Positions 61,599 through 64,000 of a DNA stretch of 64,000 nucleotides are shown in pieces; the first letter of the stretch is position 1, and every line of letters starts with the position of its first letter. A model generated the notes under the pieces. The model was not told the DNA's origin and did no database searches. It saw only the letters and a list, made by a program, of their open reading frames with translations. The DNA is taken from positions 96,001-160,000 of the forward strand of contig CAVUCU010000003.1 of NCBI GenBank assembly GCA_963740085.1, in the 5' to 3' direction. A program made the translations under genes and the position numbers. The DNA is from Nitrospirota bacterium (GTDB lineage: Bacteria > Nitrospirota > UBA9217).

Positions 61599-62630
61599 TC
61601 ATTTCGTGAACAGGAACTCCCCCACGTACAGGAGCAGCAGAATGAACCATCCGCCGAGGATGACGAACTCAATGGTCGCCCGGTAGGACACGCTGAAGTT
61701 CTCCGTGGCCATGGTGTAAACGTCCTCAAGGGTGTCGAGCTTTTCCTTGATCTCCGCCTTCCAGCTGTCCAGGTGGAATTTCTTTGAGATAAGCGTGTAG
61801 AGTTTCGCGGAATACCAGTCCCCTATCAGCTTGATGTTCCGCTCCACGGCCTCTGATTCCAGAATGGACTGGGTCCGGATCTCGATGATCTCCCTCACCA
61901 CCCTCCTCACCTCTGCGGAACGGATGACCGGTAGCTTCTTGGGAGCTTGTACGAGGCGAAGGGTCTTTTCGAGTCGCTCATCCAGATCGTAGTCAAGTAT
62001 CCGCGATTTCAGGAGTTGAAGGTTCGCGATCTCGAACAGCTCGATATTGCTGTCAAAATCACCGGAAGAGTCGAAGATGAAGGCACCGTCCCAGTCCACG
62101 ATCGTAATGTCGTCCTTGCCGTATTTCAGGTAGGCCGACAGCGTGGCATTCACCACTTCCTCGTCAAGCGCAATGCGTTCATTCTTGAGGAACGCAGCGA
62201 TCGTGTCCCCATATTGGTCCAGATACGCCTCGGGATCGCCGCTGTAGGCCGAGATGCAGTACACGCTGTACTCTTCGTCGAACTTCGGGTCGCAGCCAAA
62301 CTGTCCCAGGATCTTCCGGCATTCGTTGATGAGCCTTCGTTTGAGCTCCAGCGTGGTATCAGACAGAATACTGTCCATATCGAGCGTCGCTTCGACAACG
62401 ACCACATCGGGCAGATATGCCTTAACGATGAAATCGACCGTGAGTCCGCCGACCGGGCGTCTTTCCACTTTGATGATCTTCTGCCGGGGGATGACGTCAG
62501 GGTAGCTCGGGCCGCTCTTCATCGTCTTGCTCTCGACCACCTCAGAGGCCTCAAGGTTCATCGCGGTCTCACCAAAGAGGAAGACCACGAGTTCCCCGGG
62601 AACAGGTTGTATTTCTACTTTTGTTTCCAA
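61599..62630 (-). CDS. hypothetical protein with C-terminal TM (RMD1/DUF155-like pattern)
   Basis: TTG start after GGAGA; IVDWDGAFIFD, LFEIANLQLL, long helices, terminal TM. Confidence 0.65.
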   Translation of the reverse strand: METKVEIQPVPGELVVFLFGETAMNLEASEVVESKTMKSGPSYPDVIPRQKIIKVERRPVGGLTVDFIVKAYLPDVVVVEATLDMDSILSDTTLELKRRLINECRKILGQFGCDPKFDEEYSVYCISAYSGDPEAYLDQYGDTIAAFLKNERIALDEEVVNATLSAYLKYGKDDITIVDWDGAFIFDSSGDFDSNIELFEIANLQLLKSRILDYDLDERLEKTLRLVQAPKKLPVIRSAEVRRVVREIIEIRTQSILESEAVERNIKLIGDWYSAKLYTLISKKFHLDSWKAEIKEKLDTLEDVYTMATENFSVSYRATIEFVILGGWFILLLLYVGEFLFTK

Positions 62631-62712
62631 TGGATTCTCCCAAAGTAACTTTAACTGATCGACCTTCTTATCAACCCAGACTCTTTCCCTGCCTTCTCGC
62701 CAGCCTACCTTC

Positions 62713-63243
62713 TCATCTTCTCAATTTCCTATCCCCGTCGCCATCCTCCGGCACTTCGGGCGAATAATCAAATTGTTTCGACATGAATGCCTGATATCCG
62801 AACACGGTCAGCGAAACAAGACCCCATGCCAGTCCCACGACCACGCTGCCATCAATGATCCCCCGCCAGGGCTGGGACAGAAGCCGTACCAGTATAATGA
62901 GGACGATGATCCCCGCGGTGACCGAGATGGACACGATCTGCCGTCTTTTCTTCGCATGAAAATACGCCATGCAGAAAAGTGGAGCGAATATGACATGAAG
63001 CGCGACAGGATGGTCCCGGAGATACCGCGCACGCGCGGCCACCCGGGGAGAAAACCCCTGCTGGAACGCCCGGTACCCCTCGGCATAAGCCATGAAAAAT
63101 AACATGAGCGCAAAGGACAGCCAATGATACCAGGACCAGTCATATGAAAAAGCACTGATCGCCAGCGGAGTCAGCCGGGCTATTGCGCTGCCGAGCAGCA
63201 GTGCGACCCCCGCAAGCCCCCAAAATGCCCCGAAAACACCCAT
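62713..63243 (-). CDS. hypothetical membrane protein
   Basis: Several TMs; MAYAEGY..FQ..FSPRVAAR and QPWRGIID. Confidence 0.75.
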   Translation of the reverse strand: MGVFGAFWGLAGVALLLGSAIARLTPLAISAFSYDWSWYHWLSFALMLFFMAYAEGYRAFQQGFSPRVAARARYLRDHPVALHVIFAPLFCMAYFHAKKRRQIVSISVTAGIIVLIILVRLLSQPWRGIIDGSVVVGLAWGLVSLTVFGYQAFMSKQFDYSPEVPEDGDGDRKLRR

Positions 63244-63380
63244 CAGACCATCCCTTCCCGGATATTAACTCTAATCCAAACAACAAGAATATTTTGCCAA
63301 ATAAGACACAGAGAAGAGCTTGAAAGTAGTTTTAACCTGACTAGATACGAAATCTCTACCAAAATGCCTCCGAGGAACCC

Positions 63381-64000
63381 TCATGGTCCGAAGATATTCT
63401 GATCGAGGAACCGGTCCCACAGTTTTTTCCACGTGGACCAGTCATGCCCGCCGTCGATGGCGATGACCTGGTCCGGCGGCAGCAGCGATGCAAGGAGATC
63501 CTGGGCATAGGCGAAACGGTCGTTCGTGCCGTATCCCAGATATATCTTCGGAACGCACCCCTGCCTCTTCAGGCAATCCTTCTCCCCTGCCCTGAGTTGT
63601 CCCTGCTGGCTGCGCTCTTTCAGCCAGATCCAGATATGTTTTTCAGCATCTTCCCTGGTCTTCAAGGGGACCTCGCCAGGCTCCCATCTCAGCAGACCGC
63701 CGGAACTCCTGATCTCCTCAATGAGCTTCCGTTCTCCCAGGAACGGGCCTAACAGAACAACGCCTGATATATCGTCCGGGTGCTGCCATATATAGGATAA
63801 TGAGCCAAAACCTCCCAGCGAATTTCCGATCAACCATATGTGCTCATACCCTTTGGCCCTGGCGGGCCCGATCACATCCTCCCTGAGCCGCGTCACGATC
63901 GTTGCGTTCATATAATAGCCGATATGGGCATCCACCGATATCATGTCAACGGGAAGTCCGTGCCTTCGAACAGACTCGACAAAACCCTCTTTATCAAAAA
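63381..64000 (-). CDS. alpha/beta hydrolase (5' end beyond the window)
   Basis: GNSLGG nucleophile elbow, YLGYG..DRF and GGHDW. Confidence 0.8.
   Translation of the reverse strand, partial: FDKEGFVESVRRHGLPVDMISVDAHIGYYMNATIVTRLREDVIGPARAKGYEHIWLIGNSLGGFGSLSYIWQHPDDISGVVLLGPFLGERKLIEEIRSSGGLLRWEPGEVPLKTREDAEKHIWIWLKERSQQGQLRAGEKDCLKRQGCVPKIYLGYGTNDRFAYAQDLLASLLPPDQVIAIDGGHDWSTWKKLWDRFLDQNIFGP

Overview
A roughly 55% GC bacterial chromosomal segment. The gene style suggests Nitrospirota or a Desulfobacterota-like anaerobe (inference only). The left part (1-25 kb) is mostly housekeeping: GT9 heptosyltransferase, FadL-type porin, hflX, pmbA, queD, two hfq-like genes, lnt, recO, DinG-type helicase, dedA, era, nadA and rmuC. 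It also has a UGA-readthrough rhodanese selenoprotein candidate and a TSP1-repeat cytochrome c lipoprotein. The middle (25-50.6 kb) is a large, apparently sigma54-controlled accessory cluster. It contains kup, a PEP-synthase-like phosphotransferase, two T2SSE_N/MshEN-DUF202 fusion genes with five DUF202 units in total, tatA, three USPs, two TauE/SafE permeases, a TIGR02186-like protein, three small proteins sharing an FAE(A/E)G motif (one missed by the ORF track), three paralogous sensor kinases, two NtrC-type activators and a Lon protease with an inserted receiver domain. The right part (52.8-61.2 kb) is a signalling operon with many frameshifts, probably assembly errors. Intergenic spaces carry several families of short hairpin or MITE-like elements built from 7-mer or 9-mer tandem repeats, and one pair of such arms brackets a four-helix-bundle gene. 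No rRNA, tRNA or CRISPR array was found. All family calls come from motif recognition by eye, not from database searches.
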